NCBI GenBank assembly: GCA_947502765.1
Contig: CANNBA010000010.1
Coordinates: 1,477 to 65,476 of the forward strand
DNA from: Flavobacteriales bacterium
GTDB taxonomy: Bacteria; Bacteroidota; Bacteroidia; Flavobacteriales; BACL11
Direction of reading: 5' to 3'
Length of the DNA stretch: 64,000 nucleotides
The translations under genes and the position numbers were made by a program. This document shows positions 39,875 through 49,829 of the stretch, in pieces (position 1 is the stretch's first letter; each line of letters opens with the position of its first letter). The notes beneath the pieces are model-generated. The model saw only the letters and a program-made list of their open reading frames with translations, was not told the DNA's origin and ran no database searches.

Positions 39875-41117
39875 AATTTGGCTAATACTAAAAAGAGAAT
39901 ATCTAGTAAGGGTAAGAAAGAAATCCTTTATTGTGATGACCATTTTAGGCCCATTACTTATGGCTGCTCTTATTATTGCTCCTGTTTATTTAGCCATGGA
40001 AAGCCAAGAAGAGCGTATAATAGCTGTTAATCAACAAGAAAGATTTTTACTAAAAGATACTGAATTTTTGCATTTTACAACAATACCTGATTTTGAAGCA
40101 ACTAATCTTAGTAAGGATTTTAGTCAAAGCCCTTATTATGCGCTACTGTATATAGAAGGAGAAAAGTTTACCCTTTACTCGAGTCAGCAAATTAGTTTAA
40201 ACGTAAGTGGTGATATTCAAAAACAACTGGAGCAAATTATTGAAATAGAAAATCTAAAAAAGGCAGGGATTGATCCCCAAATCATTGAAAATGCTAAACC
40301 AGAGATTGAGATAACAACCAAACTAATTGGTGAAGATGGGAGTAGTACTAACTCACATTCTGAAGCCAGTATGGGTATTGGCTTTATCTCAGGCATACTT
40401 ATATATATATTTATCTTTATGTACGGGAGCATGGTGATGAGGGGTGTTATTGAAGAAAAAACAAGCCGAATAGTTGAAGTAATTATTTCTTCTGTAAAAC
40501 CATTTCAACTTATGATGGGTAAAATACTAGGGGTAGCACTTGTAGGGCTTACCCAATTTATACTTTGGATACTACTTACAATTATGATATCTACCGTTGC
40601 AGAATTGACTTTTTTAGATACTAGTAGCATGGCAAATGGAATGAGTACTAACGAGCAGTCGATCATTTTAGCTCAAGTGACAAGCGCAACTGGAGGGATT
40701 AATCTAACTCAGATTTTCTTATCCTTTATCTTTTACTTTTTAGCAGGCTATTTAATGTACAGTTCTTTATTTGCCGCAGTTGGTTCTGCAGTAGATGCAG
40801 AGGCCGATACCCAGCAGTTTATGCTGCCTATAACAATTCCTCTTATATTCTCTTTTATACTTATACAGCCCATAATGGATAACCCTGATGGCACCTTAGC
40901 ATTCTGGATGAGCATTATTCCCTTTACTTCACCTGTTATAATGATGGTAAGACTTCCTTTTGGGGTTGATAGTTGGGAATTGTTACTTTCTATGGGGATA
41001 TTAGTGGGGACATTTATTACTACTACATGGCTAGCAGGGCGTATTTACCGCACGGGAATATTGATGTATGGAAAGAAAGCAAGCTACAAAGAGCTGTGGA
41101 AATGGCTTAGATATTAG
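39867..41117 (+). CDS. ABC-2 type transporter permease (NatB-like)
   Basis: 416 aa with an N-terminal TM segment, a large extracytoplasmic loop and 5 C-terminal TM segments. It overlaps the ATPase gene by 8 nt. Confidence 0.75.
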   Translation: MHKIWLILKREYLVRVRKKSFIVMTILGPLLMAALIIAPVYLAMESQEERIIAVNQQERFLLKDTEFLHFTTIPDFEATNLSKDFSQSPYYALLYIEGEKFTLYSSQQISLNVSGDIQKQLEQIIEIENLKKAGIDPQIIENAKPEIEITTKLIGEDGSSTNSHSEASMGIGFISGILIYIFIFMYGSMVMRGVIEEKTSRIVEVIISSVKPFQLMMGKILGVALVGLTQFILWILLTIMISTVAELTFLDTSSMANGMSTNEQSIILAQVTSATGGINLTQIFLSFIFYFLAGYLMYSSLFAAVGSAVDAEADTQQFMLPITIPLIFSFILIQPIMDNPDGTLAFWMSIIPFTSPVIMMVRLPFGVDSWELLLSMGILVGTFITTTWLAGRIYRTGILMYGKKASYKELWKWLRY

Positions 41118-41300
41118 CTTGTATATTCACTTTTTTTTACCTTTTGGCTGTTTTTATGTGCAAATTTTGACTTTTTTGATTACAATTTTATTAAAAAATT
41201 ACACCATTTAAACTATTGTCTATTAAGTACTTAAGCACAATACAAACATTTTAATGTTAAAAAGAGTGTGTTTTTTTTGAACTCAATTGTTAAAGAGGTT

Positions 41301-41308
41301 TATCTTTG
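41301..41308 (+). promoter_or_regulatory. -7 promoter motif TAnnTTTG upstream of the porin-like gene
   Basis: TATCTTTG lies 30 nt upstream of the ATG at 41339. Confidence 0.4.
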
Positions 41309-41338
41309 CACCAGTATTAACCAAATTTTAATTAAATA

Positions 41339-42367
41339 ATGAAAAAGAATTTACGAAACATATTAGCCCTTTCTTTAGGTCTAATGACAACTGTCGCTTT
41401 CGCTCAAGATTGGAATGTTGATTCTAGAACAAGAATAGACATGAGTGGAGATAACAGTAAAATGAGTACTGACCAAAGAGTTACTGTAGGTACTACTTGG
41501 GGAGGTGATGCTTGGGGTATCCATGTTTCATCTGATGTTAACTATACATTAGCAGGAACAAATGGAGCAGGAGCTTCAATGAATATCTATGAGGCTTATG
41601 CTTCTACTGACCTAATGGGTTACGCTAGCTTAACTGCCGGCCGTCAAGCTCTAAATTATGGTTCAGGAGCTTTAATGTCTTCTAACGATTGGGCTGCTTC
41701 AAGAACTACTTGGGATGGTATGAAGTTCGGCTTAAACCTTGACATGGCTGACATTACTGTTGGTTACCATTCACAAAATGGTGGTGATGCAGATGAAGAA
41801 TCTACAGGTAACATGTGGGTAAATGCTGGTGGTGAATTTTCTGGATGGAAAGTAAATGTATTATACATGACTGAGCAAGCTAACGGAGAGTCTGGAGATG
41901 CTGCAACTGGAATTGATATCTCTGGTGAATTAATGGGAGCTGGAATTTCTGCTTCTATGAACACAGATTATGCTGGTGGAGAGATGAATATGTTAGGTGT
42001 TTCTTACGCTGTAAATGATGACATGAATGTTGTTGCTGGTTATACAACATATGGTGAAACTGGATTTACAATGGCAGGAACTAACATGTATGGATCATGG
42101 ATGGAAACTGGAGGTGTTGGTTACTTAGGAGCTAATGATGAAAACTTATCTATTGGAGGAACTTATGGAATGGGAGCATTTAATTTAGGAGCTACTATGC
42201 ACATGATTACAGATTCAGAAGATGATACTTATGAGAGAGATGTAATGGAACTTTCATTAGGTTACTCATTAAACGATAATGCTGGTGTATCACTTAAGTA
42301 TGCTACTGACGCAACAGGTGATGATGAAGCAAAATATATGTGGGTAACTTTAAATGTAGGTTTATAA
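41339..42367 (+). CDS. acidic Gly/Met-rich outer-membrane beta-barrel (porin-like) protein
   Basis: 342 aa with signal peptide ...TTVAFAQ and alternating amphipathic strands. It has its own promoter motif and a strong terminator. Confidence 0.55.
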   Translation: MKKNLRNILALSLGLMTTVAFAQDWNVDSRTRIDMSGDNSKMSTDQRVTVGTTWGGDAWGIHVSSDVNYTLAGTNGAGASMNIYEAYASTDLMGYASLTAGRQALNYGSGALMSSNDWAASRTTWDGMKFGLNLDMADITVGYHSQNGGDADEESTGNMWVNAGGEFSGWKVNVLYMTEQANGESGDAATGIDISGELMGAGISASMNTDYAGGEMNMLGVSYAVNDDMNVVAGYTTYGETGFTMAGTNMYGSWMETGGVGYLGANDENLSIGGTYGMGAFNLGATMHMITDSEDDTYERDVMELSLGYSLNDNAGVSLKYATDATGDDEAKYMWVTLNVGL

Positions 42368-42393
42368 GAATACCATATAAAAGATATATTAAA

Positions 42394-42421
42394 GGGCTGC
42401 ATTTTGCAGCCCTTTTTTTTT
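42394..42421 (+). terminator. Rho-independent terminator
   Basis: GGGCTGCA-TTT-TGCAGCCC is followed by a run of 9 T. Confidence 0.85.
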
Positions 42422-42539
42422 ATTTCTATATCTAGCAACTAACAAGATATTGTTAAGAAGTGCTTCAAATAAACAGAAATGGCCAGTGCTAACTTTACTA
42501 TCTTGCGCCCATTATTAACTATTTAAATATTTAAAAAAA

Positions 42540-42968
42540 ATGAAAAAACTATTTTTAACCGCAGTTGTTGCATTCTCAACATTAGTTGCATCTGCACAGT
42601 TCATGGTTGTTACTACTTATGATGGCGACCAAGAAGAAAATGCAGATAAAATTACTGCAAATCTAGGTGTTGGGTACATGATAAATGATGCATTAGTAGT
42701 TGGGTTAGCAATGAATCCAGAAGTAGCAGGTGAAGACAGAACTTATGATGTATGGGCTCGTTACAATATTGCTCAAGTAGAAGGTGCTTATGCAGCTTTA
42801 CAAATGCCAACAGAAGATGGATCTGAAAACATGGAAATTGGTTTAGGATTTTCTTTTAATGTATGGAATGGCTTATATATTGAGCCTAACTATATGATGC
42901 CAACAAAAGAAGATGACAATGGAGATAGAGAAGGATCGTTCAATCTTGGTATAGGATACCGATTCTAA
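42540..42968 (+). CDS. small acidic outer-membrane beta-barrel protein
   Basis: 142 aa with signal peptide ...LVASAQ and the C-terminal OMP signature LGIGYRF. Confidence 0.55.
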   Translation: MKKLFLTAVVAFSTLVASAQFMVVTTYDGDQEENADKITANLGVGYMINDALVVGLAMNPEVAGEDRTYDVWARYNIAQVEGAYAALQMPTEDGSENMEIGLGFSFNVWNGLYIEPNYMMPTKEDDNGDREGSFNLGIGYRF

Positions 42969-42990
42969 GAATTTAATTTCTTAAATTATA

Positions 42991-43017
42991 AAAAAGCCAG
43001 CTTAGCTGGCTTTTTTT
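42991..43017. terminator. bidirectional Rho-independent terminator between convergent genes
   Basis: AAAAA-GCCAGC-TTA-GCTGGC-TTTTTTT. It can serve the + strand OMP gene and the - strand alaS, whose stop is at 43016-43018. Confidence 0.8.
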
Positions 43018-45613
43018 ATAATCCTATGATCTCTTTGGCTTTATTTAAAGCATTATTAATACCACTAGCATTAGTTCCGCCAGCAGTAGCAAAAAATGGC
43101 TGGCCTCCTCCTCCTCCATTAATCTCTTTGGCTATTTGCCTAATTATTGCTACAGCATCCATTCCTTTAGCAAGTAAATCATCAGTAAGCATAACTGATA
43201 ATAAGGCCTTCTCTCCTATCTTAGAGGCCAATACCATGGCTAAATTTTTTTCTTTTCTAAGCTGAAAAGATACATTCTTCATTTCCTCAGCTTCCATTGC
43301 TACTTCTTTAGCAATCAATTTAATCCCATTTAGCTCAACTGCTGATTTTAAAAGTTCCTCTTTTACATTTCCTGCGCTTGCTTTCTTTAAATCTACTAAT
43401 TGTTTTTCGAGCTGCTTATTAGAAGCCACTAATTGTTGAGCTCCAGCCTTTAAATCTTTATTCTTAATTATACCTCCAAGCTCATTTAATAAAATTTCTT
43501 TTTCATTTAAGTAATTTAGAGCGTTTTCAGCTGTTGTCGCTTCTATTCTTCTTATTCCAGATGAAGTAGACCCTTCTGATAAAATTTTAAACAGCCCTAT
43601 TTCGCCAGTGGCCTTAACATGTGTTCCTCCGCACAATTCTTTGGATGTATCAAACTGTATCATACGCACAAGATCTTCATATTTTTCACCAAAAAGCATT
43701 ATTGCTCCTAATTCCTGGGCTTTACTTAAAGACAAATTATTGTGTTCATTTAATAAAATATTTGCTAAAATTTTTGCATTTACAGAAGCTTCAATTTTTT
43801 GTAAATCTGATTTTTCAATTTTTGAAAAATGGGTAAAATCAAAACGCAAATAAGAAGGATTAACTAACGATCCTTTTTGTGCTACATGCTCTCCTAAAAT
43901 AGTTCTTAAACTCTCGTGTAACAAATGAGTTGCGGTATGGTTTCTTGCAGATGCTTTTCTATCAGCAGCATTTACTTTTGCAGCAAAATTAGCGCTTACA
44001 TCATTTGGCAAAGCATCTGTAAAATGTACAATTAATTTGTTTTCCTTTTTAACATCAACTATAGCAATACTTTCATTAGAGTTTTCAATAATTCCAGTAT
44101 CTCCTACTTGACCTCCACCTTCTGGGTAAAATGGTGTTATATTAAACACCAACTGATACTGCACTCCATCTTGTGATTTAACCTCTCTATACCTAGTAAT
44201 TTTCACTTCTGTTTCTAAATCATTATATCCTACAAATACTACTGTCTCATTTTCAATCAAAACAATCCAATCTCCTTTTTTTATCACTCCAGCTTGTTTT
44301 GACCTGTCTTTCTGCTCTTTCATAGCAATCTCGAACTCTGCTTTATTAAAACTTAAATCCTGCTCGCTTAAAATAAGTGCTGTTAAATCTGATGGAAAAC
44401 CATAAGTGTCATAAAGTTCAAAAACTTGTTTTCCTGAAATTTCCCCAGTAGCTTTTTGAGTGATTTGCTCTATTTTTTTAAGTCCATCAGCCAGAGTTTT
44501 CAAAAAAGAATCTTCTTCTTCTTTTATTACTTTCTGAATTAACTCTTTTTGAGATTTTAACTCAGGGAAGTGCTCTCCCATATGATTTGCAAGCACTTCC
44601 ACTAGTTCGTGCATAAATGGATCTTTCAAATTTAAAAAAGTATAGGCGTACCTAACAGCTCTTCTTAAAATTCTTCTGATAACATAACCCGCTTTTACAT
44701 TTGAAGGCAACTGACCGTCAGCTATAGAGAATGCTATTGCCCTGATGTGATCAGCAACAACACGCATTGCAATATCTTGCTTTTCATTATCTCCATAATT
44801 CATCTTAGCTTTTGTAGCTATTGCTTGTATAATTGGCTGGAAAATATCGGTATCATAGCTAGATTTAACTCCTTGCATAATCATTGCAAGACGCTCAAAT
44901 CCCATTCCAGTATCAACATGATTATTTGGTAATGATCTCAGGTTTCCATCTGAAAATCGATTGTATTGCATAAAAACCAAATTCCAAATTTCAATTACTT
45001 GGGGATGATCTTTATTTACTAACGATTGCCCACTGATTTTTAATCTTTCTGAATCTGTTCTATTATCAAAATGGATTTCAGAACAAGGGCCGCAAGGTCC
45101 TGTATCCCCCATTTCCCAGAAATTATCTTTCTTATTGCCATTTAAAATTCTATCCTCAGATAAATATTTTTTCCAGAAATTAAAGGATTCATTATCTTTT
45201 TCTAAGTTTTCTTCACTAGATCCTTCAAAAACTGTAACATATAATCTATCTTTATCTAGTTGACAAACATCAACCAAAAATTCCCAAGCCATATTAATAG
45301 CATCTTCTTTAAAATAATCCCCAAAACTCCAAGATCCTAACATTTCGAACATGGTATGGTGGTAAGTATCATGCCCAACTTCTTCTAGATCGTTATGTTT
45401 ACCAGAAACACGCAAGCATTTTTGTGAATTTGCAACACGCAACTCTTTTGGCTCAGAATCACCCAAAAAAATATCTTTAAACTGATTCATACCTGCATTT
45501 GTAAACATCAAAGTAGGGTCATTTTTGACTACCATTGGTGCTGATGCGGCAATTTTATGCTGCTGTGATTTAAAGAAATCTAAGTATAACTTTCTGAGTG
45601 TATTGGCTTGCAT
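43016..45613 (-). CDS. alaS: alanine--tRNA ligase
   Basis: 865 aa with FTNAGMNQFKD, the editing-domain motif HTATHLLH and a C-terminal GGGGQPFFATAGG. Confidence 0.95.
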   Translation of the reverse strand: MQANTLRKLYLDFFKSQQHKIAASAPMVVKNDPTLMFTNAGMNQFKDIFLGDSEPKELRVANSQKCLRVSGKHNDLEEVGHDTYHHTMFEMLGSWSFGDYFKEDAINMAWEFLVDVCQLDKDRLYVTVFEGSSEENLEKDNESFNFWKKYLSEDRILNGNKKDNFWEMGDTGPCGPCSEIHFDNRTDSERLKISGQSLVNKDHPQVIEIWNLVFMQYNRFSDGNLRSLPNNHVDTGMGFERLAMIMQGVKSSYDTDIFQPIIQAIATKAKMNYGDNEKQDIAMRVVADHIRAIAFSIADGQLPSNVKAGYVIRRILRRAVRYAYTFLNLKDPFMHELVEVLANHMGEHFPELKSQKELIQKVIKEEEDSFLKTLADGLKKIEQITQKATGEISGKQVFELYDTYGFPSDLTALILSEQDLSFNKAEFEIAMKEQKDRSKQAGVIKKGDWIVLIENETVVFVGYNDLETEVKITRYREVKSQDGVQYQLVFNITPFYPEGGGQVGDTGIIENSNESIAIVDVKKENKLIVHFTDALPNDVSANFAAKVNAADRKASARNHTATHLLHESLRTILGEHVAQKGSLVNPSYLRFDFTHFSKIEKSDLQKIEASVNAKILANILLNEHNNLSLSKAQELGAIMLFGEKYEDLVRMIQFDTSKELCGGTHVKATGEIGLFKILSEGSTSSGIRRIEATTAENALNYLNEKEILLNELGGIIKNKDLKAGAQQLVASNKQLEKQLVDLKKASAGNVKEELLKSAVELNGIKLIAKEVAMEAEEMKNVSFQLRKEKNLAMVLASKIGEKALLSVMLTDDLLAKGMDAVAIIRQIAKEINGGGGGQPFFATAGGTNASGINNALNKAKEIIGL

Positions 45614-45714
45614 TATCTATCTTTTTCTTTTAAATTTATAATAAGTAGCTAGAAATCAATAATTTTTAACCCTTATCTAATGCAAAATAAGTAAATTCGC
45701 ACACTTATTTTAAC

Positions 45715-46686
45715 ATGGCTAAAGTAAAATATTATTACGATACTAAAACACTAAGCTACAAGCGAATTGAACTTAGTAGGGCAAAAAAGATAAAAACCTT
45801 TTTTTATTTTTTTATTGGAAGTGCTTTTACAGGATTGTTAATGGCAGTTATCTTCTTTCAATTTTTTGATAGCCCAAAAGAAAAAATTCTAAATCGAGAA
45901 ATAAGACAACTTAGCTCTCAATATAAGCTTGTGCAAGATAAATTACAACAAGTAGAGTTAGTACTTGATGAAATTCAACAAAGAGATGACAATATCTATA
46001 GAGTCATTTTTGAAGCTGATCCTATTCCAACGTCTATACGAAAAGCAGGATATGGCGGGGTGAACAGATATAAAGATTTAGAAGGCTATAACAATTCTGA
46101 ACTTATTATTGCTACTACTAAAAAAATTGATCAAATTACAAAACAGCTTTACATCCAATCAAAGTCCTTTGATGATGTCATTGAGCTGGCCAAAAATAAA
46201 GCAGTTATGCTCGCTTCAATTCCTGCAATACAGCCTGTTTCAAATAAAAATTTAAAACAAATGGCAAGTGGATTTGGCATAAGAATTCATCCGATTTATA
46301 AAACCCAACAATTTCATGATGGCATGGATTTTACAGCAAAAATAGGTACTCCAATTTATGCTACAGGTGATGGCAAAATAGCAAAAGTAGAAAGAAACGC
46401 AAGAGGTTATGGAAATCATTTAATAATTGATCATGGTTTTGGATACAAAACATTGTATGCCCACATGTCAAAATTCAAAGTAACAATAGGCCAAAAAGTT
46501 AACAGAGGAGATGTTATTGGCTATGTTGGGAACACAGGATTATCAAGTGGCCCTCATTTGCATTATGAGGTACATAAAAATGGGGAAAAAATTAATCCAG
46601 TTAATTTTTATTTTAATGACCTTACTCCTGAGCAATATGAAAAGATGCTAGAGATTTCTTCTCAAAACAATCAATCATTTGACTAA
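45715..46686 (+). CDS. M23 family metallopeptidase
   Basis: 323 aa with an N-terminal TM segment, a coiled coil, and HDGMDF...GNTGLSSGPHLHYEV. Confidence 0.85.
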   Translation: MAKVKYYYDTKTLSYKRIELSRAKKIKTFFYFFIGSAFTGLLMAVIFFQFFDSPKEKILNREIRQLSSQYKLVQDKLQQVELVLDEIQQRDDNIYRVIFEADPIPTSIRKAGYGGVNRYKDLEGYNNSELIIATTKKIDQITKQLYIQSKSFDDVIELAKNKAVMLASIPAIQPVSNKNLKQMASGFGIRIHPIYKTQQFHDGMDFTAKIGTPIYATGDGKIAKVERNARGYGNHLIIDHGFGYKTLYAHMSKFKVTIGQKVNRGDVIGYVGNTGLSSGPHLHYEVHKNGEKINPVNFYFNDLTPEQYEKMLEISSQNNQSFD

Positions 46687-47021
46687 TGACTTTGAATAAA
46701 AAGCCAACGGAAAAACTCTTTTATAAAATTAGTGAAGTAGCAGAAATGTTTAATGTTAATATCTCAGCAGTTCGTTTTTGGGAAAAAGAATTTGACATCT
46801 TAAATCCACATAAAAACAAAAAAGGAAATCGACTTTTTACACCAAAGGATATTAAAAATATTCAAATTATTTATCATTTACTAAAAGAAAGAGGATTTAC
46901 TGTTGAAGGAGCTAAAAAGAAATTGAAGGAAAATAAAACAGATACAATTGACAATATTGAAATTGTAACTCACTTAAAAGAGATAAGAAGTTTTTTGGTA
47001 AATCTAAGAGAAGAACTCTAA
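46686..47021 (+). CDS. MerR family transcriptional regulator
   Basis: 111 aa with the HTH FYKISEVAEMFNVNISAVRFWEKEF...R.FTPKDI. Its start overlaps the M23 stop. Confidence 0.8.
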   Translation: MTLNKKPTEKLFYKISEVAEMFNVNISAVRFWEKEFDILNPHKNKKGNRLFTPKDIKNIQIIYHLLKERGFTVEGAKKKLKENKTDTIDNIEIVTHLKEIRSFLVNLREEL

Positions 47022-47974
47022 AGGCATTTCTCATTTAGCAAATAATTTTGTATATAATCCTTTACCCCGCTCTCAACAGTAGTAAAGGGTTTTTTATATC
47101 CATTATTTTGTAATTTAGACATTTGCCTGAATAAAATATTGGTATTTATCACGAATATCAATTGGAGTATCAATGTATGAAATATTACTTTTAAGATCCA
47201 TTGCATGAAAAGTTGCAGCTACCAAATCATTAAAAGTACGTGCTTTTCCACTACCAAGATTATAAAGTCCAGTTTGTGATTTTTTAGCCATCATAAAAAT
47301 AATAACATCAACTACATCTTTTACATATACAAAATCACGCAATTGCTCTCCATCTTTAAACTTAGGATTATGAGATTTAAAAAGTTTCATATCTCCTGTT
47401 TTCTTAATCTGATTTACAGCATGAAAAATAACTGACGCCATTCTTCCTTTATGAAATTCATTAGGTCCTTAAAAAACTTGAATCCGGCCCAAAAAGGAGG
47501 TTGGCTATCTTGCTTTAATACCCATTTATCAAAATCATTTTTAGAAGTCGCATAAGGCTTAAGAGGTTTTAATTTTTCGACTAAATGATGATCGTCTTCA
47601 AAGCCAAATTCACCCAAACCATAAGTTGCTACTGATGAGGCGTAAACAAAAGGAATATCATTCCCAGCGCATATTTTCCATAAACTTTTTGAATAATTCA
47701 GATTTAACTTGTCGAAAATAGCAACATCAAATTCAGTAGTATCTGTTCTTGCTCCAATATGATATACTTCTGTTATTTCGTGTGTATTTTGTTGAAACCA
47801 TGATATGAATTTAGCTCTATTAATTTTGCTTTTAAAGAATTTTCCTTTCAAATTTTTGTTTTTTTCAGCATTTGAAAAATCATCCACCAAAATTAAATTC
47901 GTTTTATTCAAACTATTTAGTTTGGCCACCAAACATGAGCCAATAAAGCCTGCTGCACCTGTAACAATTATCAT
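47018..47974 (-). pseudogene. ADP-L-glycero-D-manno-heptose-6-epimerase-like extended SDR, broken into three frames
   Basis: Track ORFs 47414-48004, 47115-47441 and 47018-47206 together spell one epimerase. The N-terminal piece is MIIVTGAAGFIGS...PYATSK...FWAGFKFF, the middle piece is GPNEFHKGRMASVIFHAVNQ...IRDKYQYF.QAN, and the last is MSKLQNNGYKKPF.... Frame breaks lie near 47466 and 47122. Confidence 0.75.
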
Positions 47975-48092
47975 ATTACAAAAGTACATTAAAAAATTAT
48001 ACATTTGCTTTAATGAATGAGGCGCATTTCAAGAGTAGTTAGAGAGTGAAATTAACCACATTCTTTAAAAAAATAAACAACTACTCTTAAGT

Positions 48093-48131
48093 TATGCAAA
48101 CCTATTGCTATGCAAAATAAAATTATGCAAA
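48093..48131 (+). repeat. three direct copies of TATGCAAA at 15-16 nt spacing across the methyltransferase start
   Basis: TATGCAAA occurs at 48093-48100, 48109-48116 and 48124-48131. The second and third supply in-frame ATGs at 48110 and 48125. Confidence 0.6.
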
Positions 48132-48910
48132 CACTCTTATTTATAGCAAGATACATCAATTATTTTTTTACTGCAAAAAGCAAGCATAGCGCACAAGCTC
48201 CCTTCTTATATGAATTTATCACCAGAGTGTTAAATGATAAGTCTGAAGGACCGGATTGCAAAAAAATTGAACAATTAAGAAAAGAGTTATGTAAATCAAA
48301 GCAAACTATAACAATTACTGATTTTGGAGCCGGAAGCCATGTAAATAATTCTAAAAACAGAAAAATAAAAGATGTGGCAAAAAATTCTGCTAAAAATTCA
48401 AAATTTGGCAAACTTCTTTACAGAATAATCCAATTCTACAAGCCTAAAAACATCATAGAATTGGGGACATCATTAGCTATAAGCACGCTATATTTAGCAA
48501 AAGCAGACAAAACCTCAAAAGTATACACCTTTGAAGGATGCCCAGAAACAGCCAAAATTGCCCAACAGAATTTTAATAAAATGGATGCTGTAAATATCGA
48601 TATTACATTAGGTAATTTTCAAAATACTCTTCAAGAAAAACTAAAGGAAATCACAACTATTGATTTAGCTTTTATTGATGGGAATCATCAACAGAAGCCT
48701 ACAATTGCATATTTTGAAGAATGCTTAAAATATGCCAACAACAATACTATTTTTATTTTTGATGACATCCACTGGTCAAAAGGAATGGAAAATGCCTGGA
48801 GTTACATAAAATCACATCAAAAAACCACATTAACTGTTGATTTGTTTTATATTGGCATTGTTTTTATAAAATCAGAACTCAGCAAAGAAAATTACACAAT
48901 ACGATTTTAA
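48110..48910 (+). CDS. class I SAM-dependent (O-)methyltransferase
   Basis: 266 aa with IIELGTSLAISTLYLA, FIDGNH and IFDDIHWS, as in the Methyltransf_24 / O-MT family 3. Confidence 0.7.
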   Translation: MQNKIMQTLLFIARYINYFFTAKSKHSAQAPFLYEFITRVLNDKSEGPDCKKIEQLRKELCKSKQTITITDFGAGSHVNNSKNRKIKDVAKNSAKNSKFGKLLYRIIQFYKPKNIIELGTSLAISTLYLAKADKTSKVYTFEGCPETAKIAQQNFNKMDAVNIDITLGNFQNTLQEKLKEITTIDLAFIDGNHQQKPTIAYFEECLKYANNNTIFIFDDIHWSKGMENAWSYIKSHQKTTLTVDLFYIGIVFIKSELSKENYTIRF

Positions 48911-48912
48911 CT

Positions 48913-49458
48913 ATGAAGATTTACACAAAAAAAGGGGATGAAGGGAATACTCAGTTATTAGGTGGAAGTATGGTTAAAAAAAACCATATTAAACTAGAAT
49001 GCTACGGAACTATTGATGAATTAAATGCCTTTATTGGTAATATTTACGATCAAAAAATTAGTGAGTTCCAAAAAGAAATACTGCTAAAAATTCAAAACCA
49101 ACTTTTTAATTTAGGTTCTTGTATCGCATTTGACGGCAAAAAAGAGAATATTAAATTACCAAATGTAACAGAACAAAACATTGAAATGCTAGAAAAAGCA
49201 ATTGATAAAATGGACGCATCTTTACCTATTCTAAAGAATTTTATTCTTCCTTCTGGACTTTCTACAGTATCAAAATGTCATATTGCACGTACAATTTGTA
49301 GGAGAGCTGAACGCAATTTAGTTGCTCTAGGGGAAGAAGAAAAAATTAATCCTTTGCACCTAAAATATCTCAATAGATTATCCGATTATTTATTTGTTTT
49401 AGCCCGATTCATTTTAATGGAAAACGATATCTCTGCTACTGAGTGGGAAAAAGATTAA
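48913..49458 (+). CDS. PduO-type ATP:cob(I)alamin adenosyltransferase
   Basis: 181 aa with MKIYTKKGDEGNTQLLGG...YGTIDELNAFIG and RTICRRAER. Confidence 0.85.
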   Translation: MKIYTKKGDEGNTQLLGGSMVKKNHIKLECYGTIDELNAFIGNIYDQKISEFQKEILLKIQNQLFNLGSCIAFDGKKENIKLPNVTEQNIEMLEKAIDKMDASLPILKNFILPSGLSTVSKCHIARTICRRAERNLVALGEEEKINPLHLKYLNRLSDYLFVLARFILMENDISATEWEKD

Positions 49459-49487
49459 CAAATTCGCCTCTAATTCAATAAAAAATA

Positions 49488-49495
49488 TACTTTTG
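49488..49495 (+). promoter_or_regulatory. -7 promoter motif TAnnTTTG upstream of the DUF2795 gene
   Basis: TACTTTTG lies 24 nt upstream of the ATG at 49520. Confidence 0.4.
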
Positions 49496-49519
49496 CAAAA
49501 TACTTAAATAGATATTACA

Positions 49520-49747
49520 ATGTATTGGACTTTAGAATTAGCATCAAAATTAGAAGATGCTCCTTGGCCAGCAACAAAAGATGAATTAATTGATTTTGCA
49601 ATCCGCTCAGGAGCTCCAATGGAAGTAGTTGAGAACTTGGAAGAGCTAGTGGAAGAAGAGCCTGGAATTCAATGGGAGACTATTGAAGATGTCTGGCCGG
49701 ACTATCCTACAAAAGATGATTTTTTCTTTAATGAAGAAGAATATTAA
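49520..49747 (+). CDS. DUF2795-like small acidic protein
   Basis: 75 aa with APWPATKDELIDFAIRSGAPMEVVENLEEL. Confidence 0.6.
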   Translation: MYWTLELASKLEDAPWPATKDELIDFAIRSGAPMEVVENLEELVEEEPGIQWETIEDVWPDYPTKDDFFFNEEEY

Positions 49748-49748
49748 T

Positions 49749-49774
49749 AAAAAGGTCGAATTCGACCTTTTTTA
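49749..49774 (+). terminator. Rho-independent terminator
   Basis: AAAA-GGTCGAATTCGACC-TTTTTT, a perfect 14-nt palindrome followed by a T-run. Confidence 0.75.
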
Positions 49775-49829
49775 TTTTGCGTGCTCTTGTAAAACAGTAC
49801 CTTTACTCCCTTAAAATTGAAACAAAAAT

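Noticed and set aside
38978-41117. Calling the ABC pair gldA/gldF gliding-motility genes
   Set aside because: The permease is a single 416-aa ABC-2/NatB-like protein with a large external loop, and no gldG-like gene follows. The sequence alone does not support a Gld assignment.
41223-41234. Perfect 12-bp palindrome TTAAGTACTTAA upstream of the porin-like gene
   Set aside because: A rough estimate suggests that dozens of perfect 12-bp palindromes are expected by chance in 64 kb of AT-rich DNA. No second copy or half-site pattern was seen.
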